Shown: positions 15,742-30,273, numbered from the stretch's first letter. The stretch: 64,000 bases of DNA from the human T2T-CHM13v2.0 reference genome, Homo sapiens (GCF_009914755.1 NC_060929.1), one strand, 5' to 3'. Program-made: numbers and translations. Notes: generated from the letters alone by a model not told the origin.

Positions 15742-17896
15742 CTAAATACAAAGAAAGCATATACATATCAGTAGTGAAGAATTGTAAAGATGGAGAGTAA
15801 TCATGGAGATGGAGTGTGGAGAGTTGATGTAAATCTCAGATTCAAAGCATCCATAAAGACTACGCTGAAATAGGTAAGCCTTCCCAAACCGCTGCCACTC
15901 ACATAAACAGCACCTTAGAATTAAGCACCTGAAAGCATTTTCAAAAATTGAATCGTTTCTTCTAAAACATGTCTTTACTGCATTTATACTCCTATCTATA
16001 AAACATTTTCCCATTACTGCAATTGTTGAAATTGCTATAATCATGAGATGAAAACAAAACATTTCTTTTTATGAACATGTAAGAAATAATTTGTATTTTC
16101 TCTTTGTGGATAAAAAGTATCTTTGATGCCTGAAATAGCTTTGGTATTTTGTCTTTTGTAGCTTCCTCTTTACACCTGTTGTAGAACACATTGAAGACTA
16201 ATTGAAGTGTCAAAAGGGGGAGCCTATTATGCTAAATATAGGCTGGGTGCTTCATGGCGGTATGCTTACCACTGGGTATTTTAAATTGGCCTTTGACACT
16301 TGTTGCCTTTTAAAAATATGTGACCCACTCCTGTTTCTTTCTGTAACAGATACTTAGCACAAGTCACTATCTTGATTATTCTTCCAGAAAAAAAGTCTAC
16401 TAACACCACACCAGGAATGTGCAAGATATAGTTCTAAAACATTTCTTTTAGAATGATCTATATACATATTGTTGATTTTGAGCATTATTTACATGGTAAT
16501 AATGGATGACAAAAAGAATTTAAACATTTCAAACTATACCAGTGCAAAAAATTATGATATTCAATGTACACATATATTCCACACTAATTTTCTTGTTGTA
16601 ATTGTTATTGGGATCATGCTACACTTTGCAATGTAAGTATTCTTAAAACTCATGGTTTTCCACTGTTTCCAAGACTAAATAAAATTTTCTGTGGTGTAAT
16701 CAGCTGTATACTGCAGTTCATTACTGAGATTTTGCCATGATTATAAAATTAGTTCTGCTAAGAGTCAATGCCGCTGACCTGAAGACTGAACCAAATGACA
16801 CCCAGCTGCTGGACATTAACTTTGATATTGCTTCCACATGTATCTTCAAAACATCCTTCTCAGAAAAGAGGAGGAACTTTAAGATCATATAGCCTTGCTA
16901 AAAAATAAAGAAAATCCTACTTTGACTTAGAGATATTCATTAGCTAGAGTAAATTGCTTGTTTTTTTAAAAGACCTTTTTACAATAAAATAAGTTTGCAG
17001 GTATCTTTTTGAAGGTGCATACAGGTTGCAAAAAAAAAAAAAATTCTTGTCGGGTTTTGTAGAGGCTGACATTGAAAAAGTTGAGGCCTTTTAAACAAAG
17101 GAGTATCTCAGTGTCAGCTCCTGAATTGTATCCTTTCCTGTCCATCACTGTGCAGGTGAAGCAAATGATTGGATTCAGTCAATGCTATGATTAATGAGTT
17201 CCTCTCCGGATTTGGGACTGCCTATCAATCATGTCATTAGGGAGAATGTGCCCTGAAAGAGGCAGACCTTAGCCAAGGAATAACTGCATTAATCTTAATC
17301 TGTATATGCACCCAGCCAGCCAAGTCAGGGTCACCATGATGAAAAACAATAATCTTCAACTCGACAAATTACTTTGCAAAGACAGATACTTCTTTACTTT
17401 TTGGGCTGTGTGTTCTCCAGAATCTAAGTTGACTGTTTACAGCTTGAGTGTTACTACAAAGTGAAGGTTATTTTAATGAATAGTAATGCTTTCAGGCAGT
17501 ATGCAAGACAGGCAACACTTACAGCTGCCACCTTTTCCACTGCAGTTATTTTCACCATTTCCATAAAATCAAAGTTAAATCTGGATGCAAGTGAAAGGAA
17601 TCTAGCTAAATGGTATCATGTAGTTTCAGATAATCTTCATAAGTAATTAAGATTTAATGGATCTTAACAGAAGAACCATTTTAGTTTAAATGCTTACATA
17701 CTCATATATTTTTTTAAATTATGGTAGAACCAAGGCAACCCTCTACCTAATACAGGCATCATGTTTTGAAATACATTTTTCCTCACAGTGTATATCTATG
17801 AGTAAAATGACCACTGATTAGTGAGAAGTACTTAGAGTGGAAGTGCACTTGTATAACAGATAATCAATTTGAAATCAAAGTCAAGAAGAAACACTC

Positions 17897-18226
<330 letters not shown>

Positions 18227-19094
18227 TAAGAGATTGTTATCTAAAGTGAGTTAAGTCAAATTTAACTCTTTTTCAAATAAATGCCATAAATAACTTTAAA
18301 AAACTATGCCAAAAATAACTTTAAAACTGCACTTTGTATATTGATATCATTTCAGAAATTGAGAAAGATGTAGCATTGTGCTAATTATATAATTACTCAG
18401 AAACTTTGAGGGCTGTACTGCATTTTTTAAGTCAGCAATTCTTCATTTTTTATGCATGTTGTATGTGAGATAAATACTCTTTTGGCTCATTGTTAATCAG
18501 CCAAATATTAGCTCGACAACTCCCCGTATAGGAGATACCAGATGTGTTGGGGCTGTTTATAAAACTTAAATTGAAATCAGATTTTAAGGAAAAAATTTAG
18601 CTTATAGATTCTTGTATGTACCCCTAGGTATATTACCTAGACATTGCTTTAAATGGACCTTATTTGATATAGGGGCTACTAAATGAGCAGTATCATAAAT
18701 TTAACTTTGTCACTATAATCAGATATACTATTTTTACTCTTGTTTTTCCGCTCCCCTTTATAACCACTGCCATGGATAATGACATCAGGCCTTAATTTTT
18801 TAGTCATTGGATTAAAGCCTGTAAATTAGTGTTGAATGCAAATAGAAAGATTAAGACGGTCACTGCCAATGTTACTAAGCATTTGCCTGAATGCTATTGT
18901 TATTGCCACCCATGGGACACTCCAGAAGTACATTTCTAGAGGTCAGTATGATGAGACCAGGAAAATCATGATTACCTACTTTTCCCCATTTGGATTAATA
19001 TGAAGTCTTATAGATTAACATAGACAAGTAAACATTATTAGTTACCTTAATACTAACCAGTGAATGCAATATATTTTAATAGAGTTTATACATA

Positions 19095-19295
19095 ATAATG
19101 CCTATCAGTTCCAAGCTTGATGCTAAGAACTCCATGAATGTTATTTAATTTTTCAAAACAATTCTGTCAGTGTGGTATCATCATTGAAACTGAGGCTTTG
19201 AGCGATTCAATAACTTGCACAAGATGACCCATTTACAAGGGATTTGTACTCGCCCATCTGACTCCAAAGCCTGATCTCTTTATCACTACCATGTA
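19095..19295 (-). mobile_element. MIR SINE
   Basis: gaaactgaggct...taacttgcacaag...tctgactccaaagcc. Confidence 0.75.
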
Positions 19296-20147
19296 CTAGT
19301 AAGAGTAACCATATTTCAAGTGACTTTTAGTCATTTTGGGCAGAAAGTTATACTAGTATCTGCTAGCAACATGAATATATTTTTAAAGAATGAGGGACAG
19401 CATGTGTCGGTGTTTTTAAAATGGGCTGACAGTGATCTGTAGACCATGTGAGCTGGAATTCCTTTATCAATACCATGCAATTCTATACCTGAAGACTAAT
19501 TTAAAGACAGGAGGACTCTATGTACATATTTCAACTCATCAGGGACCCTTAAAAATCTTTGCAGTACCACAAATCACTTAGCTCTTAGTGACAAACCCAT
19601 GAGAAGGCTGACATTTTCATACAGAAACAGCTGGGTGTGTTTATAGCTGGAGTGTGATATGCCCTAGTTGCCCTCTGGGATTCTTACATTACCAGATGAA
19701 AAATGTGTACCTTTTTGACAATCAGGTACACAGAAAGCAATAAAAAGCCTTTTATATCCGTTAATTCCTTCTTAATTTAATCTCCATGCCCAATCCATTT
19801 ACAAAATGCTCCAGGCTATCCACTAGATACCTGTTTGCACACTGAAAAGGGGTGAAACTAAATTCTCCTGGGTTTAACTACCACCCTTTTAATCAGAAAC
19901 CTTAAGATGGTGACTAAACAAGTATAATGTTCCAGTGTGTCAATGGGGTTCACATTTTAAGAAGACAAGAAATGTGCAACAATCCAATTTTTAATGGGAT
20001 ACTTATCTTTTTTTATATTCATCAAAGCTGCCATGAATTTAGCAAAATACTACTGCTGCCCATCTGACAATATATTGTCATTTATTGGTGATTTTGTTAT
20101 TGTGAAAGCATTTGATGAAATCCAATAAGAGAAAAACATCACTTTAC

Positions 20148-20556
20148 CATTCAGTGCTCAGTTTCCTTGCTTTCAACAATTGACGTTCAATCCAGTTGGG
20201 CTTCTGCTGCTCAATGCTCTGTATGACCTTTTGGATCATTTGATTATGGATACTTGTCTGGTCTCCCATGATGCTTTTCAAACACATACAAATTAAACCC
20301 AATTTTTCTTTACTCCATCTGTCAAGGGAGGCACCTGTTAAAAGTTCCACAGTGTTTCCGTCCTCAAATATCCGACATATAATTACAATCAAGTTCCAGA
20401 CAAGCAGGCCAGCTTTCTTCAATTCAACAAATTTTTTTGACATTTTTCTCTCAGACAGAAAAAAGAAGTATTTAACTGGGGGAGGCAAACATGCAATCAC
20501 CGTAGGTAACTTGCTGATTACAATAGATACTGCCTGAGCAGTAAGCCTTGTGAAGC
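20148..20556 (-). CDS. KIAA0825: KIAA0825 coding exon (409 nt, phase 1/2): [32 protein letters not shown]...ARKLSTE
   Basis: Strong acceptor cttttcttttcttccccag, donor ATG|GTAAAG; fully open frame (ORF 20144..20500); TG+T gives Cys into the next exon. Confidence 0.95.
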
Positions 20557-20929
20557 CTGGGGAAGAAAAGAAAAGGTATGATTAATATTAGCATTTGCGT
20601 TCAATCACTGCATGGTTTTGTGTTGTATAAGGATGTCTAATTTTTGTGGAGAAAATTGGCAAGAAGATCAAGTGCTTGACATATTCCAACAGAACTCTAA
20701 CCGGGGTCTCTCGCAGTACTACCTAAAATTCCCCCAAATCAAAATCTGTTTTTTTTTTTCTCTCATAAATGATTAGAAAATTTAGACTCATAATTTATAT
20801 TCTTATCTTTCAAGACTGCAGCTGTCCAGGACCCAGGTGGCCTCCTCATTAACAAATGCAAAGGTGCCCAGCTGGGCAGCTTTGTAGGCTTTGGTACTTC
20901 TGACTCCCCCTTAAGCCCTTCTCCTCCTC

Positions 20930-21290
20930 CCTTGGAATCCATGACAGAATCATTTCAGCTCTCCTCAGGACTGGTTTCTCTCCTTTCAGTTCTCAACCCA
21001 AATGTGACCTCCTCAGAGAGCCTTGCCTCACCATCTTATCTCATCTCATCATCTCATCTCAGTCCATTTATACCCTTCCATCACAGCCCCAAGACCCTCT
21101 CTTTTGGGGATCCCCATTTTGTTGCCTTTATTATAGCACTCCCCATCATCTAATAATTATGTCCTTTTCCTGCACACTGTCACCCTCTTCTAAACTATAA
21201 GCTCTGAGAAGGCATTCCCGTATCCCTAGCACTTATTACCTCTTATATAATAGTTGTCAATAAATATTGGTTGGATGAATGAGTCAGTAA
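20930..21290 (+). mobile_element. L2 3' end
   Basis: ctcctcagagagcctt...actataagctctgagaaggca...caataaatattggttggatgaatga. Confidence 0.75.
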
Positions 21291-21638
21291 ATTGGTTCTT
21301 GCTTACCTCCATCTCTCCTCTTTGCTTCTTTGTGTCCTATGCTATTTCCACTTTCTATTAACATCGCTTAGATGTAGGTTTTTGCTAAGAAGTCCTTAGC
21401 CTTTTGGCTGATGATTCCACATGTTCTTCCTTGTTTGGTGCTATTTCACATTTATGATCTTATTTAATGCAACAGCCTTAGAAGATTATTCAAATATGTG
21501 TTGGACCTAGTTTTTACAAACTTATAAAGACTGTTCCAATTAATTTTTAAATGATTCTCAAGTTGTCATGGATTGCAGAGGAGTCACTAGATTAGACATA
21601 TTTTCCAAGAAAAATGTATTAATTCTTCTTCTCTGTAT

Positions 21639-21835
21639 CAGGGTTTCTCAACTTTGGGTTGGATGATCCTTTGTTGTGAGGAGCTCTTCTATGTTCTGTA
21701 GGGTGTTTAGCCACATCTCTGGCCTCCACCCACTAGATGTCAGTAGCATTCCCCTCAGTGGTGACAACCAAAAATGTCTTCAGGCATTGCCAAATGTCCC
21801 CTGGGACCAAAACTGTGTCTGGTTGAGAACCACTA
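21639..21835. mobile_element. MER20 hAT element
   Basis: cagggtttctcaac...ggcctccacccactagatgtcagtagca...ggttgagaaccact. Confidence 0.85.
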
Positions 21836-21983
21836 TTCTATATGATTCCAGAATCTTAAGTCTTGGCCTTTCTCCAGAGCTGTAGTCCTATAACTCCAGC
21901 TTTCTGTTAAGCATTCCACTTCTGTGTCCTCATCACCATCAACTCAATATAACTAAAACCATTGTCTTCCAAACTAGCTTGGC

Positions 21984-22080
21984 CCTTCTCTCTCCCTCCC
22001 ATCCTTTCCTCCTTTCTTCCTTCTTTCCTTCCTCTCTCCCTCCCTCCCCTCCTTCCTTCCCTCCTCCCTCCCGTTCTTCC
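21984..22080 (+). repeat. CT-rich polypyrimidine low-complexity tract
   Basis: About 95 nt of ccct/cctt units. Confidence 0.9.
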
Positions 22081-22099
22081 TGTTAAATGTTCCTTCATA

Positions 22100-22830
22100 C
22101 CTAATCCGTGATCAGCATTGATATATAGTTCTACCCCTTTATCTCTGACATCCAGTTTCTCATTGCTGGGGCCAACTGAAGGTTACTGACCTACTTCAAG
22201 CCCTTCTTCACAAATGGTACCTTGACTACGGAACTATTCTTCTAACTCATCTCCCTTCTCCAGGCTATGTCCAGCTCTTCTCCTGTACTGTAAAACTGAA
22301 TTCATCCCCATGAACTTTATTATCCAATTTCTCTGCTGTGATAATTTTAGCTACTTGCCACTGTTATAAGATCAGTCTCTTGAGCCTTGCTGTCAAAACA
22401 CTCCACAGTCTAGCCTCAGCCTGTTTCTATGATCCTTCCCTTTAAGACCTTTAACATGCTTTATCCTCTTTGCTTTTAGACTTCTGAGTATATCATTACT
22501 CTCAATGGAATGCCTTCTGTCTTCATGGTTCACAAATAATCTTCAACTCTTAGTTCAAAATCCTCTCCTCTCTTGTGAATTTATTTGAGTATATTATATA
22601 TATGACCATTTTGGTAATTAGGTCCATAATTGGCTATGTTGTGTTATTTTTGTATTATCATCTATTATTATTTATATTATGTTATTTGTATACTCATGAA
22701 TTGTCTTTACAACTAGCCTATAAACTCCAGAGCATGGGAAACAAAGCTCTTAGCTCCTTGATTATCCCACAAAGCCAGACAGTGTTTTAATCCACTATGT
22801 ACATAATGGAATTTGAACATTAAAACTGAA
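22100..22830 (+). mobile_element. Highly degenerate L2 fragment
   Basis: tggaatgccttc...ttagttcaaa...actagcctataaactcc...; approximate. Confidence 0.5.
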
Positions 22831-25800
22831 TGAGAAGCCAAAAGAAAGTAGCTTTGAGTTCTTTGGTAAAACGTTCTTTACTGTTTTTGCTGAACAAAAA
22901 TAACAGAACAATGTGAACATTTTCTGAAGATATATATAACATTTAAAAAGTCACTCTGTTCCAAAAAAGTACAAAGCTCTTGGAAAATATGTTTAATCTA
23001 GTGACTCCTCTGCAATCCATGACAACTTAAGAATCATTTTAAAAATTAATTGGAGCAGTCTTTATAAGTTTGTAAAAACTAGATCCAACACATATTTGAA
23101 CAATCTCCTAAGACTGTTGCATTAAATAAGATCATAAATATGAAAGCACCTAGCTCAGCACCTGATAAAAATAGTTGCTCAATAAATGTTTTCTTTTTAT
23201 TCAAATTAATGTGTTTAGGTGAGGCTTAACATATAGATAAAGCAAATCTTCCTTAGTGTTCTTAAATTATTTGAAATGTCTCATTGTTCTTTTTGTGTTT
23301 GTATCTCATAGTCCCTATTCTGCTTTTAGGTCTTTGACTTGAAAGATTGTATCTTATATTCCCTCTGTCTTAAAGAGGGTTTGACTACAGATACTGAGCA
23401 AATATTTGACAAGCTAAGTAGATATTAGGTAAAGATTACCAATTTTCTTCTTCACACCTACACTCTACTGATATTTTATAAACTCCGAGGACTATGGGCA
23501 CTCAAATCCCCAGCTATTTCATTAACGCTTAAGGCAAATTTCAGTCAGAACCTTCAGGCTGATGACAAATTAATAAATCCATTCTACCAATCTCAAGGGC
23601 TCTGAGTCTATGATGATGTCAACAACACACCAGGGAAGGATCTTTTAAGACTGCTACACACTCGTCTTTCTGTCTTTATTTAAATAAGTTTAATTCTGTC
23701 TAAGCCGTATATATGTAATATATTGTGTCATCCAATTTTAGAGCTGATAAAGTATGAAGAAAATCTATGTCTTAGGATGAAGGCAATATATGTATATTGA
23801 TGTATTTGTCATTTCTTCTTTTCTGTAATGTACTACTGTAATAATATATTTGTGGTTGATAAAACATGCAAAAAGGAAATTTACAATAAAGGAGGTAAAG
23901 AAAATGTCAAAATTAATTTTTAAAATTTTATTTATTAATGGTAAAAAAGATCAATAACAATTTGTTGAATGAGGATAATGTAATTTTTTATTATTTTTTA
24001 AATCTGAGCTTAACACTTCACAATACAAAGGTCAAGTTCTAAGTTCAGTTTGTTTCAAGATCAGGTTTTCATGGCTGTCACAGGTGAAAAAGCCACTACA
24101 CAAACACATATAGATCAACATGAAACCAGTATATCCTTAGCTGTGCCCACAAAATCATGGCATTTATTTTTCAGTGTTAACTACCGAATAGGTGAAGGCT
24201 GTTGTTGAAATTTGACTAACAAATATCCATCATCTGTGATGTAAATATGTTGTTCTTGCAAATGAATGGAAAAATATTTTATTTTTATATTTTTAAGAAA
24301 AGCATTCAAGAGTCACTGAAACTTTCCATTTGCAATATTTTACATCATGTTAGAAAATCCTATTTCTAAATTCTTAAGTGAAAAGATATGATACTTTTGT
24401 AGGTAACACTGGTTCTTATGAAACAAATAGGCCTGGTTTTTATACACTATACTAATGACTTCTTACAGCACTTTGTGTATTTCTGTCATCAATTTCTTTC
24501 TCAACATGCTGTTTCTGCATGTGACCAATGGCATGGACACATTTTCCTAAATGCTGCTTGCTATTTCTGTTTCCTCTCTCTAGAATTCATTGTTTCCATT
24601 AAGACAATTACTCCAAAAGTTTTGCCATAAAGGATTATTTTCATTAAAAAAGTAATTTACTGTTGAGAAAATATCTTCTCAGGTATATCTTTCATTTAAT
24701 TTTTGTCAAAGAAACAAAACAAAACAACTAGTTCTTTGTATATTTGTTCTTTGAAACATAATGAAACAAATATCTAAAAGCAGAGCTATGTCAGAGCCAT
24801 CCTAACTTCCATCCAACTCTCCAGTAAATCCACACTGTAATCTTTATTGTAATATTTATTTCTTTAAATCTTCAGTGTTTTTTAATGTCACAGTATTTGC
24901 TGATAAAGAAATGAAGAAATGCATTTTAGTTTGTCACCATAGTGTTTTCCATGTTCTGTCATTTTTACTGTGTCAAGAAGGACAAATATTCCCTAAGGTA
25001 ATGACTATTTGTCTTTTAGTAAGTTAGATTTTTTTTTAAAGACCTTTAAACATTTATAATTAGTTAGATAAATTTTGTAAGAACCATGATTATATATCAC
25101 TAAATTAAAACATTGTTGAAAAAAATTACAGAAGTTTATCTTCATGTTTTGGATACTTAGTGTAGAAATCTTTTGTTTATCAAGATGACTCCAAACTAGC
25201 TAATATCTTAAGGCTCAATACTGGCTTAGGAGGGATTTACATCAACAAAATATATGGGAAGCCACATTTCAGATAGTTTCCCCACAATTCTTTTTTTTTT
25301 TTTGCCAAAGGTGATAAAATCATCATTGTTTTATAATATGGCTGTGAAGAGCTCATATTAAGAATAGAAACAAGTGGGAGCTTTTTCACTTTGTCACTGT
25401 TTGCTCTTGATTGCATTCCCAGCACTAGTTTTAAACTGTAGTTGACTTATTGGTTTATAGGAATATGTTAAAGTCACTTGTATGTATTATGAGGATTAAT
25501 TTTGTTACAACCAGAGTCTGTAATACAAAGGACAACTCTAATTCATTACTGTGTGCTGAAAGCTAAAGAAGGAATAAGGTCACCCTGCTCATGGCCTCTC
25601 CCCAAGAGCATGGCACCCCTGCTCTTCCCTCAAGCTTCCTCACATACTGTCCTCAACACACACTGGCTCACTCACAGACCAAGAAAGGTCTCCAGTGACA
25701 ATCCCATGTGAGATTTTAGTGAAGTTTAATTTCTTTGTCTCTTCTCATACACCAAAAAATTGTACATCTCTTATTTGTACCCATTTTGAAACAGTTATAC

Positions 25801-26713
25801 TAGTCTCCTGGCACCAGGAGGAGATACTGTACTTAGGTTTATCTCTGCTCTGAAACACAGTGCCTGGTATATAGTAGTCTCTCACTTAGTAAATTTCTAC
25901 TGAATGAATAATGAAATTAATAAATGACTTAATGTCCAGCATGTACACATTCTCTATCTTATATTCTGTAGTGAAAATAAAATTTTAGAAGTGCCAATCT
26001 AAAAGTCCCTGTAGCATTTCAGAGGGCAGTAAAGAAGAACAATGGCATTCGCCTATTGTCATATCCTCTTAGAACGCAAAAAATGGTTTATAAAGTCACT
26101 TTCTTCCATCACTTTCTTTTACATATTCATGGGATCTGACATTCCTTCATGGTTGTCTTTATGTTGTACTTTTACTCGGAATGAGCATTTTATGAAAAAT
26201 GTTATTTAGTAAGGAAAACTTTAACAACTGGTATCTATAAGTAAGCATTTTTTGAAATAAGAGGCTCTTTGCAATGGTATGGAGGAATTCCAAAGTGCTT
26301 AGAAAAAGCAAAATTGTTCGTGAATAGAATGACTCGAAAGCCACAAGCAAAATAGTGCTACTCATATGGCATGATATGTTAACTATAAATCATGCCTACT
26401 GAATTGCTCAAAACATATCAAATATCCAAAAGCTAGAACAAAGGAGAGATGGCAACAACTCTTAGAAAAGAAAGAACTTAAGTAATGAAAAGGTGACATT
26501 TTCCAATTTCAATTAAATGGCTTTACTAGATTCAAAGGGAGTTTAATAGGGCTTGGACAGAATTAAAGCATTACTATGAAAGGTCACAGATAGATAATTG
26601 ATTTGAGTTTGTAATATAAGGTCACAATATTTAGGATCTCCATGGAGAAGAATGAAAGAAAGGCTAGTCCCTTCAATTGACTTTAGTGAGTGCGGCTGGA
26701 GTATTTTATTGTT

Positions 26714-26839
26714 GAAAGTTTCCTTAGAGTTAGAGAAAAAATATTTTCACTAACTCTAAGGAAACTTTCTCTAGTTTCCTAGTTTTCTAGTTTCTCTAGA
26801 AAAACTAGAGAAAGTTTCCTTAGAGTTAGTGAAAATATT
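26714..26839. repeat. Direct-inverted-direct triplication containing a perfect 38-bp inverted repeat
   Basis: 26740-26777 is the exact reverse complement of 26802-26839; 26714-26733 is identical to 26810-26829. Confidence 0.95.
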
Positions 26840-27616
26840 CTTCTTTAAGGATGAATATGAAAGAAAAAAGTTTTATTTTAAATAATCAAAAGATTCACGA
26901 ATACAGGTACGTAATATACATACAAAGGAATCTTGTGAAATTCTGGAAAAGTGGAAAGATCTAGATAGGGAGAAACTATTTAAGAAGAGAGGACTTGACT
27001 AATAAAATAAACGAATAATGTAGGTAACTGATAGTTCTTAAGTACACTTGGTGGATGCGCTGTTCTGAATAGGAACAATGCACTCAATTTAGAACCAGAA
27101 TCACCGGAGGAAAAAATACCCTGTCAGAAAAATACATGTACTTACCAAACTGGGTGCTATTTTTGACCTAAAAGCTACATATGTAGGTGTTTTAACAAGA
27201 GAAAAGAAGGTAATAATTAGTGTTTGCAGGGAAAAAACTTAAAGGAAAAAATAATTAAATGGAATATCAGAGCAAATTTCTCTAGAGTATGGATTTTAAG
27301 TTACTCAACAAATTTTGAGAAAATTAGTCAAAATCATGTCACCAATCTGTGACTATTAGCCTGAACACAAAATATCACAGAAAATCCTGAACTGGTAATT
27401 AAATAAAGACTATGACCATTTGAATAATTTTCCATTTTAGTTTCCTTGATCATGTGGTTCATAGTAAAAATAAAAATAAGGGTCGCACATCTACTTAATG
27501 GAAGGAAGATTAATATAGTTCATCATTCTTATAAATTTTAGAATTTTACTTGATTACATACCCTAGAAAATTGCTTCTTCAGGTGTATTTTCTTAAAGAG
27601 AAACAAGTGTACTTAC

Positions 27617-27841
27617 TTTTGCATGATTCTTTCCTGTTAGTTTCTTTTGGACTATAATTCCATTCCTTTGGCATGCTCTCAAGCAAACAATCAGGAACAA
27701 TGTGCTTGTTTAGGTTTGTCTCACAGTTTCTCCTAGAACTCATTACAGATACTATCTGCTGTACAGTGTCCTTGATGGCATCGGTCAGTGCCAGTCTCAA
27801 GCATCGGATGACCTCTAGCTCGTACTCCACGCACGTTGAGA
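27617..27841 (-). CDS. KIAA0825: KIAA0825 coding exon (225 nt, phase 1/1): [27 protein letters not shown]...[10 protein letters not shown]
   Basis: Branch-like tgctaac, acceptor ttttaaag, donor AAA|GTAAGT; lies within ORF 27579..27884; A+GC gives Ser into the next exon. Confidence 0.93.
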
Positions 27842-28059
27842 CTTTAAAATCAGATGGCATATTATGGTTAGCAGAACCTAGCAAATCAGTTGTGCCTTGC
27901 TCAACTAGAATTCAGTTTTGTAATCATCTAGTTTAAAGCTATAGGAAAGGAGAGCTGCTCTTAACCAAGAAATCATATGATTGATAACCACCCCATAAAA
28001 CATTTTTTAAAAAGATTCTTCTTCTTTGTAATAAAATGAATGGCAATTAAGATAACAGT

Positions 28060-28450
28060 ACATAATATTTACTGGTAGTTTTGGACTCTTCTGGTGAGAA
28101 CATAAATTGTATGACCTTCTTAGATGACAACTTGGCAATAATGTCAAAGCTTCAACATTTTACTTATCAGTTGACTCACATATTCATTTCTATAGGACTT
28201 TTCCTAAGAAATTAATTATAAATATGCAAAGGATATAAGAAAAAATAAAAATCAATCAAAATGTCCAATAGTAGGTGATTTGTTTAATTAGCTCTGGTAT
28301 TTCTGTCTATACAATAAAGCCATATATTGTGTAGTAAAAATTAAAGTAGGTTAGAAAAGAGTATGATATCCTATTTTTATTAAAAATATGTATCTCCACA
28401 CATATATAAAATAATTAAAAGCTGTACTCTATAATATTAATGGTGATTAT
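28060..28450 (+). mobile_element. Old L1M(E) 3' fragment
   Basis: ctggtgagaacataaattgta...caacttggcaata...aaatgtccaatagtagg. Confidence 0.55.
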
Positions 28451-29805
28451 CAATGACGGATGGAATTTCAGTTATATTTTTTCCTTCCTTTTTTCTTCTT
28501 TCCTTCTTTCCTTTCTTCCTTCTTTGTTTTACAAATGGTCAATTAACTCAGTGTTAGAATCTTACCAAGAGTTTCCTTATCAGCAAAATGTTAGAGCCGG
28601 TTCCTAGATTGCCAAGACACATAGCATAGGAAGAATAGAGTAACAGCCCTAAAACCCAGCTGCTAAAAACCCAAAATATTAATTCTTCATTATCAGCATA
28701 AGTGAGAGAAGCAAGGGAAAGGATTATTTCAAACGATAATAATTTTTATTAATGATTTTTATTATTGTAGTTTATTTCCATTTTTCATATTAAATTAACA
28801 AATGAAAACAAAGGTTAGAATCATACAACTTAAAGAATACCTGCATCATTATCTAATTAATTTTCAAGTGTTTCAAAAATTACCATTAAAAATATAGACA
28901 CTTTAGGAGGGGCTTCGGTGTCCTCATTTATAAAATGGTGAGGGGAGAGGGTGACAAGGGCTGGACAAGATGATATTTATGGTCTTTGTTAGTTTTCACC
29001 TTCCACGACTCTATTTAAGACTCCTAAGAAGAAAATAACAAATACTTCACAGCTGAGCACACACAAAGTTGAAAAGAACTGTGACTCTACTTCCTTTTAC
29101 AACACAGTAATCAGGAGGCCTTAGAAAGGGGCTCAGTGAGGGTCCTAAATTGAGAATGTGCTTTAGGCTATGAGCAGCAATCCTAAGAATGATTTAAACC
29201 AGTTTTTGTATGTTCACTAAGCTACTAATTGCTTACCAATTTTTATCAGTATAATCTTTCATATTTTGGTAATAACAGATGTGGCGAGATTTCCAAAAAG
29301 AAACTTCGTTACTTTTATGTTAAAATTTCTATAATTTGGAAGAATCAGAACAAAGGTAATTTACTGGGAGTTTTTCAGGCTACTGTTAAGAAAGATGTTA
29401 TATGCAATAAAGAATAACCTAATGTGGCTTTATAAAAGCAATGGAAATTACATCTGAATATGTTTCTAAGTAAAAAGGTTTGGTTTAAATAATTATTCTA
29501 TTAATATATTTACCAACCAGAAGTCATTGGAAACAAGGTCTCCAGATAAATTGTAAGTAACTGGGGAGTCAAAAGTAACAAAACATCATTGAAAATCTTC
29601 TTCAAATACATTAGCATACTTTCCTGCTTTAGAAAATTAGTTTCTTTGATGCTTCATAACTTTAGCTGTTAGAAATGTAAAAATTTAATCTAGACAAGCT
29701 CTGGTCTAATTTTCTCACTTTTTGAAGATAAGGACACAGATAAACCAAATAGGAAGTGATAGAACAGACAGTAAGTAGTACGGCAACGATGTATTCTCTA
29801 GTTAG

Positions 29806-30273
<468 letters not shown>

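Noticed and set aside
16209-16225. CTCF-like gtcaaaagggggagcc
   Set aside because: Too many mismatches in the core to call.
18281-18329. ~25-bp tandem duplication atgcca(t)aaaataactttaaaa; similar tiny duplicates at 56552-56576
   Set aside because: Ordinary slippage duplications in AT-rich DNA.
20268-20537. Plus-strand ORFs overlapping exons (also 27673..27936)
   Set aside because: Antisense shadows of real KIAA0825 exons.
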